IMG/VR virus record: IMGVR_UViG_3300045988_046609
Strand: one strand, 5' to 3'
DNA: 64,000 bases
DNA from: a virus
In this document: piece by piece, positions 1-11,223 of the stretch
Numbering within the stretch: the stretch's first letter is position 1
Layout: every line of letters begins with the position of its first letter
Program-made: the position numbers and the translations under genes
Notes under the pieces: generated by a model
What the model was told of the DNA's origin: nothing
Seen by the model: only the letters and a program-made list of their open reading frames with translations
Database searches by the model: none

Positions 1-1
1 T

Positions 2-994
2 GATATGAATACTGGACAATGGTTAGGAAATGTGTTTAATGAAACTATAGACGAACCTACGTTAAGCTCATATCCTTCTATCGCATTAAATATTGCTAGA
101 AACAATGCTCAGGATTCTGAAGTAGTTAAGAATGTAGTTAAACCTAAATCCAATAGATATAATAGTAAGTCGTTTATATATGCTCCATCCCCATGGACCG
201 ATGGTACAGGTACATACCTTATGTCATTCAGTACTAAACCTAGAAAAGACGAAAGAGATTTCTTATCTATTGATTATCCCGTTTACGGAAAGAGAAATAC
301 TGTATTATATGTCAAAATAGGTAGACTTGAAGTATACGATAAAGAGAAAGGTAAAAAACTAGGATAGGCTGGACAGACAATATACGCTGCTGTACCTAGA
401 TTAGGAATACAGTCTGGATCAAATACAGTAAATGAGTATTATAAAGACGCTTATTCTCTATCTGACTTTGATGAAAATAATATAAGCGTGTTATCCTACA
501 AGTATTTAAATGACTTCTTTAATGATCAATCTAAATATAAGATGTGGGTTAAAGGAGTAGACAGCAAAAATATAGATATATCACTTATACCAAGCCAATA
601 TTTCAATGAATAGTTCAATGCTCATGGATTAGACAGATTAACAGAAGATGTAGATCTATCAGAGAATTCTGCTGATAACATTATCAGTCAAGAAGTAAAT
701 GACGAGAAGCCTACTCAACAGAGTGAGAAACCTAAATCTAAAGCAATGGAAACTAAAGAGTTAGATAGAGATATAGCAGCAGAAGCAGGTTTGTTAGATA
801 AAGGTAATTTAATGACTAAAGTAAACCAACAATTACTAATGACAGAAGCAATGATGGAAGCAGTTCCTTATGAAGATCCTAATGCTGGAGCAGAATCATC
901 TGGTGAAGATATATCAGACATGTTTACTTCTGAAGATGATCTTAATGAGGATAATTTCTCAGACGATGCTTATAATAACTGTAAAGGTAAATAA
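2..994 (+). CDS. 3' portion of a late-module protein (start lies upstream of the window); TAG-recoded
   Basis: Frame 2 is open from the window edge to TAA at 992-994. The only in-frame stops are TAG at 365-367 and 611-613. It joins track ORFs 5-367 and 746-994. Acidic C-terminus. No family recognised. Confidence 0.6.
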
Positions 995-996
995 TT

Positions 997-3900
997 ATGG
1001 CAAAAGGAATATGTCCAAACTTAAGTGATCCGCAGATTAAAGCGGAGTTTGATGAAATGGTAGCTGCTCTTGGTGAAAAACAAGCATATGCTATCTGGGA
1101 TATGAATAATGGTTATAGTTTAGATAAGGCTCCGAACGGGGAGCCTTCTGTACTATTCGAAACTCTGTTAGAACATAATAACTAGAATAGAGTAAATGCA
1201 TTATAGGCTAAAGCTAAAGTATATACTAATAGTTTTAAAGCTTGGTTTGGTGACTGGGTCAATCCAAATGCAAAAGATGTATCCAAAGTAGTGGATAAGA
1301 ATGGTGAACCTTTGGTAGTATATCATTACTCAGAGCAATAGATAGAGGAATTTAAAGAAAGTTTTCCGGAAAACTATTTCGCTAAACATAAAGGAGGTAC
1401 AGATAGGGCTATCTTTTTTACAGATAATTCAAATCCAAAAGGTTCTTTTCTTGCAGATAGACCTTATAATAATCCAGTCTATCTGTCTTTAAAAGATGTT
1501 AGAGAAAAACATGGCACTAAGGATAATCTAAGAGAATCTGGAGAAGGTTTTGTGGATACTGTTAATAATGCTTTAGCAGATGAAAGAGACGGAGCCATAT
1601 TTAAAGAATTTGATGACAATCAACTTTAGAATCAAAATGTATTTGTAGCTTTATCTCCTAGATTAATTAAATCTATAGACAATAGTGGATCGTTCAATCC
1701 AAGGTCTGCGAATATATTTGATAAACAAGACTCTCCACTTCAACAACAGTCTATGTCTCAGATAGATGAAGCTATGAAGAGATTTAGAGCTGAACGATAC
1801 GATTTTGATAAGACATTAGATACGTTAAGACAACTAATAACTAATGCTGTACAAGCACGTATTAAGTCTATTCAGAATCGTAAGATAGCTAACAAGACTG
1901 CTTTATTAGTTCCTTTAGAGCAATAGCTATCTGCCCTCAAGAATCCGAATATCGACTCATTACAGACCATAGTATACTGTTTATCGGATATAAAGAGAAC
2001 TATGACTCGTCCAGTTAATGCCATACTTACTGCTCAAAAGAATCTTAGAGAAGGTAGGGATAGTGGATTTAGTAATCTAGCACTAATACAACTTCAATAG
2101 GATTATTTTGGTATGTATAATAACGTGCTAGAGGAAATTGCTAGAAATGTATTTGATTCTGACATTTATAAAGACATACTTGGAGCATAGAGTTTCGATC
2201 AGATGAAGACTATGATATCCAATATGCGTACTCAATTTGCAGCAGCTAGACAAGGACTTATTGAACTTACTACGGATTTAGCATAGAAGACTATGTTAAA
2301 GTATGGTATTAAAGATGAACAAAGTAGAACAGAATTGGAATAGTATGTAGGAGAGGATCTTATTACTACTGAAAATGATGTTAGTTCTCTAATGAGATGG
2401 ATAGGGTCTGGAGATAAGATGAACGATAAGGCTGCTAGAGTTATGTTCGATATGATAGCAAACACTAATAATAAGACTCGTTTCGCCACTCATAAGTTCG
2501 GTAATAAACTATTACGTTTACAGAAACAGATATCTCTGGGAGATCAAATGAGATTGTTCGAGTATGATTCGGATGGTAAAAAGACTGGTTACTTCATTAG
2601 AGATAGAAAGTATGGAGAGTTTCTTAATAATCTTGAGAAAGAACGTAAACGCTTAAAGACTAAATATAATGTTCCAGAAGGATAGAATATGCCTTTGGAG
2701 AAAGAAGCTAGAACTGCTTTCAATAAGGAGATGAATGACTGGTTGAGTAAACATTGCGAACGTAGATATACTAAGAAATATTATGATGCATTTAATTCAC
2801 TTAGTCAAGAAGCCAGAGATGCTCGAGACGCAATACAATTTAAGATATACAAACTACTGGATGATGTAAGAGATAGTAGAGGAAAAGTACATCTTGAAAA
2901 TCTAGACGCTAAACAATGGGCACAATATGAGAACTATAACATATAGAAGAAGCAGTTGATGTCCATGTACTATGAAGACGGTACTCCTAAAACTGATTTA
3001 GATAAGCAGGTAGCAGAAGAACTTACTGAATTAAACAAGATGCTTCATGAGGGAATGCATTATGTTACCAATGAATAGAAGTTCAACGAAGCTAAACGTG
3101 AAGCAAAGGAAAATCTTACTCCAGAACAGTATGAAGCATGGAAGAAGAGATATACCAGAGTATAGATTAGTGATAAATTCTATAAACAACTATCTTAGAT
3201 AGAGAAGAAAGAATACGGAGATAGGTACATTGAGTTAAAGAAGATAAGAGAAGAGCTTACTAAACCGTATAGAAATGAGTATACTGGAGGTATTGATGTA
3301 CAGTATATGTCATCTACTCTACTGCATACTTTAAATAGTTTGGATAGAGAAATGCGTAAAGAGAGAAAGAACGCTCGTAAATCCAAATCTAAGAAAGAAG
3401 AAGAGTCTATAGAGGGACTTAAATTCGAAGACATTGCAGAATCAGTGCCTACTGAACAATATAAAAGAGATAAGTAGGCAGCTGTAAACAGAGGTATAGA
3501 GTTCTATGAACTATGGGAAAATCAGCATCATATCAAATACTACATAGGTGAGAAAGAAGTAATAGTTCCAAAATGGTACTATACTAAGATAGTTCCAAAG
3601 GATGAAAGACTTATAAACTATGAAGCACCTACTAGAGAGTTTAGTGAAATAGATCCTAATTCAGAGTATTTCAATAGTAAATTCGATGTAAATATTGACG
3701 AGTACTATCAACCTAAAGAATCTCTTTACAAGAATAAAGAGTATGATAATTTATTTAAAGTAAAGAAGGATAAGAACGGTAATGAAGTAGCTACTAGAAA
3801 TATACCTCTGTGGAACTTATATAAAGAGTTACTCAATGGTATGGAAACATCTAATGATAAACTTACTTTCTTGACCAGAAATAATCCATATAAGTTACCA

Positions 3901-5703
3901 CAAATGAGTGGTAGTATGTATCAATATGCTAAAGGAGATGGTATTATAAAAGGATTCTTACAATATACCAGACAAGGTATAGTAAAAGACGTAGATGATG
4001 TAGGTTACGTTGATGCTCCTACAAGTAGACCAGATGGATCTGCTTAGAGAATGATTCCTACTTATTATATAAACAAGTTAGACGATCCTAATAAGATTAC
4101 AAATGACTTAGTTGGTTCTGTTATAGCTTACTTCAAGATGGCTGAAAACTTCAAGAATAAGACAGAGATACAACCAGACCTAGAAGTAATAAAGATGTAG
4201 ATGGCTAATCGTGTATATACTGGAAAACCTATAGGATTAGATGCTCTCAAAAGAAAGATATTTAAGCAGAGTGATAAGAAAGTAGGTGCTGATACTAATA
4301 CTTATAAGTTTATAAGTAGGTTTATGGATATGCAATTATATGGAGAAGAATCTAAATCTATACTTAAGAAATTTGCAGAGGATAGTAAGATAGGTAAATT
4401 CTTTGGATTAGCAGGTAAAGAAGTAAACTTCTCTAAAGTAATCCACAGTATTAAGAACTATGGTCAATTACTTGGATTAGGTCTCAACTTAGCTGTTGGA
4501 GCTACAGGTATGGCTACAGCTTTTTTGGCTCAGCTAGGTATGGCCGCTAATGGTAGATATTTCGATTTTTCTTCTTTTTCCAAGGCATATTTCAATATGG
4601 TAAGTAACTTGTTTGGTATAGTATAGTATGCAAAAGATACTACCACTAACAACAAGTATGTGGCATTGATGCAGAGATTCGAAATAGGCACAGAATTCTA
4701 GAATGCTTTTAGAAACTCTAATAGAATTGGTATAATAAACACGATAAGTAGGAACTGGGCGTTCGGAATTTTTTCATTTTCTGATTTTGTAATCAAAGGT
4801 ACTATACTAAATTCGATTATGAATAACTATAGATACTACAATGGAAGATTCTATAATAGTCAATAGTTCAATTAGTTATTCTCTAACAAAGAAGATGCAA
4901 AAAACATCTGGAGGACTCTATAGAGTACTTATGATATAATTGAAATAGAAAATGGAAATATTGTAATTAGAGATAAAGCATAGGCTAAAGCTTTTGCTGA
5001 AGTATAGAATGAAATTAGTAATAGTGCTAGATCTCTTTCTGCTACAGCTGATGGGCAATTAACAGAAGAACAGAAAGCACAATTCGCTTCTAACGCTTTT
5101 GGTTCTCTTATAATGATGTTTCGTAATTATATACCGAATATTATTAGTGAAAGAATCACTATGAAAAAATAGTATGACTATAATTTAGGTATGGAACGTG
5201 AAGCTTTATTAAGAACTATAGGTAGAGTAGTACCTATGTTAATAAAGGATTGGAATAGTCGTAAACAACTAGATGCATCTGATATAGGAAATATTAGACA
5301 ATTTAGTTATGAAATGACTATGATTGCTTTATTATCATTTGTAGTTAAACCTTTATTAGTTGAAGTTGCTGATGATGATCGAGACAATTGGGTTAAAAAC
5401 TTCTTAGCTCTTCTAGTAACTAGAACTGGATTTGAGTACGGTAACCAATATAATCCTCTAGACTTACTTAATACTATTACTTCAGTAAGTTCTATATTCG
5501 ACATTATGAACCCATTCACTAATCTTATATCACTTAGTGAAATGTGGGAAATTGCTGTTAATAATAAGAAAATTAAGTATGGAGCTTATAAGGGCGACAC
5601 AAAATTAGAAAGATGGTTATGGAAAATGACTCCATTTAAGAATGTCAAAGAAATTCAAGATCCCGCAATCAAACGAAAATATTACGAACAATTATACAAA
5701 TAA
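997..5703 (+). CDS. giant late-module protein (about 1568 codons), TAG-recoded; function unknown, virion or ejected-protein candidate
   Basis: ATG at 997 lies 2 nt after the preceding TAA. I read frame 1 codon by codon to TAA at 5701-5703 and every internal stop is TAG. It links track ORFs 997-1185, 2392-2685, 2689-2946, 3841-4047, 4201-4626 and 5191-5703. There is a Gly/Ala-rich hydrophobic segment near 4480-4560. It is the last gene of the plus-strand module. Confidence 0.7.
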
Positions 5704-5707
5704 AAAT

Positions 5708-5733
5708 AAAGGCTACTATTTCTAGTAGCCTTT
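5708..5733. terminator. bidirectional intrinsic terminator between convergent gene blocks
   Basis: Perfect 11-bp stem AAAGGCTACTA / TAGTAGCCTTT with loop TTTC. Flanked by an A-run (5702-5706) and T-rich sequence (5731-5740). Confidence 0.7.
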
Positions 5734-5755
5734 ATCGTTTGAAGTGCCTTGGAGG

Positions 5756-6259
5756 TTAGCACTCTTCTGACATGTCTTCGAAGGGATCTTCGATAACATC
5801 ACCAAAAGGTATGACGGATTTTACTTCATGAAATTCATTAGTAAACAACACATTTGGTAGGTTAGTATGAATACCATTGAATAACTCAAGTGTTTTACTC
5901 ATTTCAGATTTACTTAGTTCTGCAGGTCCACCGCTGATTAGTATATCTCTACGAGTTTTAATTTCTTTAGGTAAAGTAAATACAGCTATTTCATACCATT
6001 GGTCATTTATTCGAATCTGACGTAGACTATGAAAATACTTATTCTTTCTTAGCTCGTATTGAAGATTTAACAATGCTTTTATTGTTGTTTCTCTATACAT
6101 CACAAATAAGTTATCACAGAAATAAGGTTCATCTGGATAATCTGTATATACATTTACAAGATTTTCGTTTACTAACTTCTTATTGTCTATCACTAAGTGC
6201 AACAAACAAGCTGTTGCTTCATTTAAGTTCTTCAGTTCCATTTCCTTCGTAATATTCAC
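5756..6259 (-). CDS. hypothetical protein
   Basis: 167-aa track ORF with ATG start and TAA stop. It is the last gene of the minus-strand block and overlaps the end of the upstream gene. Confidence 0.65.
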   Translation of the reverse strand: MNITKEMELKNLNEATACLLHLVIDNKKLVNENLVNVYTDYPDEPYFCDNLFVMYRETTIKALLNLQYELRKNKYFHSLRQIRINDQWYEIAVFTLPKEIKTRRDILISGGPAELSKSEMSKTLELFNGIHTNLPNVLFTNEFHEVKSVIPFGDVIEDPFEDMSEEC

Positions 6260-7193
6260 GAGTATGGTCCCAATTTCCCGTTTGATAGTGATATGAAATT
6301 TCTGTTAAAGCATTTGCTATTAGGTCTTTGCGGTCCAATAACTCTTTTTCATTTAACATATTAAATACTCTTACTCCGTTATTACCATTGCTTTGAATTG
6401 CAATAATGTATGCTTCTAAATCAAATTCCTCTATATTATATCCTAGATCAGACATATACCATGTAAGAGCTAAAATATAGAATGCAATTTGTCTATAGTA
6501 GTCATATTCTTCTACAGAATGCTTAAAATTATAAACATCTGCTGTAGTTTTTAAGTCTATAAGGATTATCTTCTTATTAACAAAATCAATTTTAACTCTA
6601 TCTAATAAGGACTTACAAGATACTCCTTGTTTTGTTGCTTCCCAGTTTATATGAAACTCATTATTACAGTCCCAACCAGGATTATTTGTAAGTAAATCTT
6701 TTGCTTTTTTATGATTATTAATATTCTCTTCTATTCGTTTAAGCATATTTAAATCAGCAAATGATATTACTGTAAATGTTTGATCTTTATCTAAAAATTC
6801 AATATACTCTGCAAACTTGAGTTGTAACTCTTTTGCTTTCTTTAACATGGCATCTTTAGACATATTATTGCCAGAGTATGCAGATTTATATGCATCTAGT
6901 AATTTATCTTCTTCTAATAATTCTGTAGAATGAAAATAACGTTCACAAAATGCAATCTGCTGTGCTGTTTTAGGCTTCTCATAGTCAATAATCATATAAT
7001 TATGCCAGAATTCATCTGGCTGAAGTAAGTACATGTGTATCATAGTACCTTTTTCAAGATACTTTCCACTTATACCTTCTTCTTTACCGTCAAGCATATC
7101 CTTGAGGTAACGTGGTCCTTTTTTCAAGAACCACCCTATTGCTGAATTTGATATTCGCGTGTTATCTTCATAATACGGAATTTCTATTTTCAT
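6219..7193 (-). CDS. PD-(D/E)XK-type exonuclease (recombination nuclease candidate)
   Basis: 324 aa. The motif block ...ILIDLKTT...EEYDYYRQIAFY resembles the D-x(n)-(D/E)xK ... QxxxY core of RecB/Cas4-like phage exonucleases. Confidence 0.6.
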   Translation of the reverse strand: MKIEIPYYEDNTRISNSAIGWFLKKGPRYLKDMLDGKEEGISGKYLEKGTMIHMYLLQPDEFWHNYMIIDYEKPKTAQQIAFCERYFHSTELLEEDKLLDAYKSAYSGNNMSKDAMLKKAKELQLKFAEYIEFLDKDQTFTVISFADLNMLKRIEENINNHKKAKDLLTNNPGWDCNNEFHINWEATKQGVSCKSLLDRVKIDFVNKKIILIDLKTTADVYNFKHSVEEYDYYRQIAFYILALTWYMSDLGYNIEEFDLEAYIIAIQSNGNNGVRVFNMLNEKELLDRKDLIANALTEISYHYQTGNWDHTREYYEGNGTEELK

Positions 7194-8065
7194 GCTGCTT
7201 CTTCTAATTCTACTTTAGGAGTATCTTCTTCCTCATCATAATCACTACAGAAACTTCCAGAAGTATCCCATTCATTATTGTCTTCTCCTAGAGCTTCTAT
7301 AAACTCTTTCTGCATATCAAGAAAAGTATTACACTCTTCTAGAGTAAGAGGTTTATTTCCATTTAGTTTAAAGTAGTCTCTTATAACAAGTTTTAAGTAC
7401 TCTATAAATTCAGTTTTTAATGTAATTTCTTCTTGTGTCATAAAATCTAATGTTACTATATTTAAATCCTTTTTAAAGTTATAACTATTATCTAATATAG
7501 AACAGTTATATTTTCTGTGATTTTTATTAGATACTCCTTCATGCCAATGTCCAAATAAATGAATTTTGGCTTTACCAAAAGTATAATGACCTAATGCATT
7601 ATTGTAATTAGGATTATCATGAGTAATTAGTATATCACATTTTGGTATCTTATTATATAGTTCATTATCTTGCAATTCAAATGCCCACCTTCCTTGCTGA
7701 AACAAAATAGGGTTTATCCATGGTGTTCCGTAGAAACTAATTCCTTTATAAGTATAAGACTCATCAATAAGCATTTCTACTTTATCATTAGTTATAGCTC
7801 TCATAAGTGCTTTAACTACTTCCCATGTTCCTTCAATATACATTCTTTCAAGATAGAAATCATGATTTCCAGGTACTATTATTACTTTATTGCACGGTAA
7901 ATTATTTATCCATTTAATAAAGTCTTCAGTAAACCATTTATCAGATTCTTTTATATCTCTCTGAATATTTAAAGGAACTATATCACCACAAATGCACAAT
8001 ACATCGCACTTAGGAATCTCATTATATAGATTCCCGTGTATATCACTAATTCCACATATTTTCAT
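7190..8065 (-). CDS. calcineurin-like metallophosphoesterase
   Basis: Motifs GISDIHGN, CGDIV, PGNHD and GHWHEG appear in canonical order. Confidence 0.8.
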   Translation of the reverse strand: MKICGISDIHGNLYNEIPKCDVLCICGDIVPLNIQRDIKESDKWFTEDFIKWINNLPCNKVIIVPGNHDFYLERMYIEGTWEVVKALMRAITNDKVEMLIDESYTYKGISFYGTPWINPILFQQGRWAFELQDNELYNKIPKCDILITHDNPNYNNALGHYTFGKAKIHLFGHWHEGVSNKNHRKYNCSILDNSYNFKKDLNIVTLDFMTQEEITLKTEFIEYLKLVIRDYFKLNGNKPLTLEECNTFLDMQKEFIEALGEDNNEWDTSGSFCSDYDEEEDTPKVELEEAA

Positions 8066-8116
8066 ATTGTAAGAATTTAGTAAGTTTATAAATAAGTATT
8101 GAATAAAATAGTATCA

Positions 8117-8965
8117 TTAGGATAGATCTTCAATTATTTCATCCTCATTAGAAATATTAGTTCCTGTTCTTATTACTCCATTTAAGCTAAGATTCATATC
8201 TTTAGCTAATTCATCTAATGGAATATCTTCGAAGAGAACAACTTCATCTAAGAATGCTGAAATATTATCAAATGATTTAACTTCCATATGCTCGACAATG
8301 AAGTTCACGACTTCATCTATATTCTTTATTCCTTTATCTTCTGCCATACAGCGTACAAATGCAGAATTAGAGTTTGCTTTGTATTCTTTAAAATAACGAA
8401 CACGTGAACAACGATCAAAGAAGTTATCGTCTATCTGATCTGTTTTGTTACAGGTCATCAATACTAGTTTTTTAGATGTAGCTTCCACACCGTCTAAGAA
8501 TCCTAATAGATCCTTAGTTTCCCACCAATAAGTGTTTTTTTCAATCTCATCAAACATAACTGCTACAGGAGTAGTAAAATGTTTAAAGAAACTAGTAAGT
8601 TTATTAGCAGGGTAGTCGTTTGCGACTATGATAATAGGTAAATTACTTTCTAGGGCAATACGTTTAGAGAGCATTGTTTTGCCTGTACCTTTAGTACCTG
8701 CAAGTAATATACCGGTTGTCTTTCCAGAATTATCAGAATTAAAATAACTTAATACACGTTTGATAAATTTATTATCTTCTTCTAGTTTGTATAATTTCTT
8801 TGGCATGTTCAAATCACCATTTTCTTTGAGATAAGATCTACCTTGCATTCTATCATACTCTAGATCGTATACTTTGTTACTTATGAGTTCATAAGAAATA
8901 CCTTCTAACTTAGGTTTAACTGTAATCTCATTTCCGATCTTAATAAATTCTGCCATAATATTCAT
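8117..8965 (-). CDS. AAA+ family ATPase
   Basis: Walker A LLAGTKGTGKT. Walker B VAVMFDEIE. Downstream TCN sensor-like motif. Confidence 0.8.
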   Translation of the reverse strand: MNIMAEFIKIGNEITVKPKLEGISYELISNKVYDLEYDRMQGRSYLKENGDLNMPKKLYKLEEDNKFIKRVLSYFNSDNSGKTTGILLAGTKGTGKTMLSKRIALESNLPIIIVANDYPANKLTSFFKHFTTPVAVMFDEIEKNTYWWETKDLLGFLDGVEATSKKLVLMTCNKTDQIDDNFFDRCSRVRYFKEYKANSNSAFVRCMAEDKGIKNIDEVVNFIVEHMEVKSFDNISAFLDEVVLFEDIPLDELAKDMNLSLNGVIRTGTNISNEDEIIEDLS

Positions 8966-8968
8966 TTT

Positions 8969-9361
8969 TTATGTTTTCAACTTGCTGATTAACTCATCAA
9001 CTTGTTTCTGTGTATGTACCACATAAAACGCTGTATTAGGTTCATGTGTGTACAAATAGTAGTTAAATAACTTTTCACGCAAAGCCCATGTATCATTTGG
9101 ATAGCCTTTGCATTCAATAATAAACTTATCACCTACAAAATCAGGTTTATAAGTTATTGCCCTATATTTCTTATCACCAAAAGTAAAAGCTGGAAGCAGT
9201 TCGTATCGTTGAGTTTCATACTCAGCTTTAATATTTGACTCTTCCAGCTTCTTATATGTATATGTCTCAAGTTTGCTTTTAAACCTAATACCATTATACT
9301 CATTTGGTGTTGCATTGCGAATTTTGCTTTCGCTAGGCTTATTTCTTTTCCTCTACGTCAT
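8969..9361 (-). CDS. DUF1064-like PD-(D/E)XK endonuclease (Holliday-junction-resolvase-like) with TAG at codon 3
   Basis: Not in the ORF track. Hand translation gives ATG ACG TAG AGG..., i.e. M-T-TAG-RKRNKPSESKIRNATPNEYNGIRFKSKLETYTYKKLEE...YRAITYKPDFVGDKFIIECKGYPNDTWALREKLF...SKLKT-TAA. There is no Met codon after the TAG. The xYxPDF...ExKG core is typical of DUF1064. Confidence 0.65.
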
Positions 9362-9412
9362 TAGTAATATTAGATTTTCTGGAAATAGTTTTCCTTTCTG
9401 CGGTGAACCATA

Positions 9413-10387
9413 TCATTTGTTAATATTTTTAGTTAACCAATTTTTTACTTTTTCAAATCCATTAGCTTTAATAGCATCAGATATATCCTTTGCCTTAAAT
9501 TTCTTATGGATTAACATACCTTCTAAGCCTGTTTTTTGACTCATTTTACGAAGATATTTTACTCCAGCTCTGTCACGATCAAATAATATAATAATGCGCT
9601 TAAAACGCTTCTTAAGTCTATCTAATACCTTTTCAGGTATAAAGGTTGATTCTGAAGACGGAGATATTGCTGGTATTCCCATTTCGTATAAACACATGAC
9701 GTCTTTCATACTCTTTGTAATAATGAGTATATCTCCAGTCTTAGGTAACTGTTTATAACCTTGAATATCTAATTCAGTTAGGTTATTACGCCATTTTGTA
9801 TATTTGTCGGCTAAAGGTTTATATATCTTAAAATGATTATAAACTTTATATGCATACATTGGATTATCTTCTTTGTAAACGCTTTTTACTATGCCGTTGC
9901 ATAGGTAGTACTTTATACTACTTACTCCAAACTTCTTTAAAGTATCTACCGTAATATTAAACTGCTTCCAGTAATTGATGTCAGTATCAGTGAAATTCTG
10001 ACGTACTACACCAATTACTGTTTCAGTTGACGGTATATATTGCTTAGAGCTAACTAATTGCGTATCTTTAGTAATTTTAAGTTTCTGAATAATATCCTTA
10101 AGTATATCATTATAATTTGTTAATCCAGTATAAATACTTACAAATTTAATAACGTTACCGCATTCTCCAGTTCCATGATCTTTAAACATTAACTGTTTAC
10201 TAGTTCTACTATAGAAACATCCAAATGATGGGTTTCTATCTTTACGAAACGGACTATTGTAAATCATCCCTACTTTAAAATTACCTATATACGCAGCATA
10301 TATATCATACTCCGTTACTTTAGAAAGTATATAATCTAAAGTAATATTATCATCATCGTTTATTATTTTCGTTGTATCGTAAGTCAT
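9413..10387 (-). CDS. DNA primase (zinc-finger plus TOPRIM, DnaG-like)
   Basis: N-terminal SPFRKDRNPSFGCF...HGTGECG zinc-finger-like motif. TOPRIM-like ILIITKSMKDVM and IIILFDRDRAG. The start is set at the second ATG (10387) because the track start (10411) lies inside the tRNA-like acceptor stem. TGA stop. Confidence 0.8.
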   Translation of the reverse strand: MTYDTTKIINDDDNITLDYILSKVTEYDIYAAYIGNFKVGMIYNSPFRKDRNPSFGCFYSRTSKQLMFKDHGTGECGNVIKFVSIYTGLTNYNDILKDIIQKLKITKDTQLVSSKQYIPSTETVIGVVRQNFTDTDINYWKQFNITVDTLKKFGVSSIKYYLCNGIVKSVYKEDNPMYAYKVYNHFKIYKPLADKYTKWRNNLTELDIQGYKQLPKTGDILIITKSMKDVMCLYEMGIPAISPSSESTFIPEKVLDRLKKRFKRIIILFDRDRAGVKYLRKMSQKTGLEGMLIHKKFKAKDISDAIKANGFEKVKNWLTKNINK

Positions 10388-10402
10388 ATGATATATTTTT
10401 AG

Positions 10403-10489
10403 TAGGAGCATAGAGATTCGAACTCTATAATAAATAAGAAATATATCTTTTTCTTATTTATACCATATTTCTGAATATCAGAAACTCCT
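10403..10489 (-). ncRNA. tRNA-like element with a 12-bp hairpin in place of the anticodon arm
   Basis: Minus-strand read: AGGAGT(T)...(T)GCTCCT acceptor-like stem. T arm TAGAG-TTCGAAT-CTCTA. Central perfect 12-bp stem ATAAATAAGAAA / TTTCTTATTTAT with an 8-nt loop. No canonical D arm. 87 nt in total. Confidence 0.4.
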
Positions 10490-10493
10490 ATTT

Positions 10494-10558
10494 AAAAACG
10501 TAGGTTGTGCACTATTGTGTGTCACTCATTTTTTCATAGTGCGGTGCACTAACCTACG
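10494..10558 (-). terminator. intrinsic terminator downstream of the SSB-like gene
   Basis: Minus strand: CGTAGGTT...AACCTACG 8-bp outer stem with inner CACTAT/ATAGTG pairing, followed by TTTTT. Confidence 0.6.
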
Positions 10559-10606
10559 TATTCCTAGCTTATGCTCTAGGTAGCTACTGTTATTTTATTT
10601 TCTTCT

Positions 10607-11209
10607 TTAAAAAGGAAGATCACCTGTTGGATCAAAAGATGTTTCCATTAGAGGATTAGTATCCTTAGTTTCTACATCTGCTATTACAGGTTTAGTAAAT
10701 TGGTCTATACTCAATTCTGCAATTTTACTCTTTTCTCCTTCAGGAAGATTCATTGGTTCAATAAAAGTAAACTTACAATAATTAGGCAATGTAGTATATC
10801 CCTTTTTATTATATACTATCTTTACTCTAAGTAAAATATTCTTGTTTGCTGCATTTAGCATCATAGCAACCCAATCAACAAAGTCTTTATAAGAAGAACC
10901 AGCAAATACTAGTGCCTCTTTAGGATAGAAACATTCAAGAATTTGCATAATTCTTTTAACTTGTTTACTACCTCTAGTTTGACATTCCTCATCAGACTCT
11001 CCAGGTTTCTTAGTAGATTCCCATTCTGTATGAGTTAAATCTTGTCCTTCTTTAGTAAATTTTACTTCAAGAAAGATATTTCCGTTAATAGACTTGTCAA
11101 CTTTTGCTCCTACAAGCTGTACGTCTTCATGAATACCTGCTTCTAAGTATTTACTTTTTAAAACGTCTGTAGTCTCTATTTTGTTTGCTAATTCTGTGCT
11201 ATAAATCAT
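10607..11209 (-). CDS. single-stranded-DNA-binding-protein-like
   Basis: 200 aa. The C-terminus ...DPTGDLPF resembles the acidic D-(D/L)-PF tip of SSB tails. The gene lies between the primase and a RecA-like ATPase. The OB fold was not verified. Confidence 0.45.
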   Translation of the reverse strand: MIYSTELANKIETTDVLKSKYLEAGIHEDVQLVGAKVDKSINGNIFLEVKFTKEGQDLTHTEWESTKKPGESDEECQTRGSKQVKRIMQILECFYPKEALVFAGSSYKDFVDWVAMMLNAANKNILLRVKIVYNKKGYTTLPNYCKFTFIEPMNLPEGEKSKIAELSIDQFTKPVIADVETKDTNPLMETSFDPTGDLPF

Positions 11210-11223
11210 AACTTAATCATTTT

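Noticed and set aside
2232-5519. Minus-strand ORFs 2232-2489, 3195-3434 and 5307-5519, lying inside the giant plus-strand gene.
   Set aside because: They are antisense to a continuous 1568-codon TAG-recoded reading frame. They are short and low-complexity, with Ser/Leu/Ile-rich composition typical of antisense frames in AT-rich DNA.
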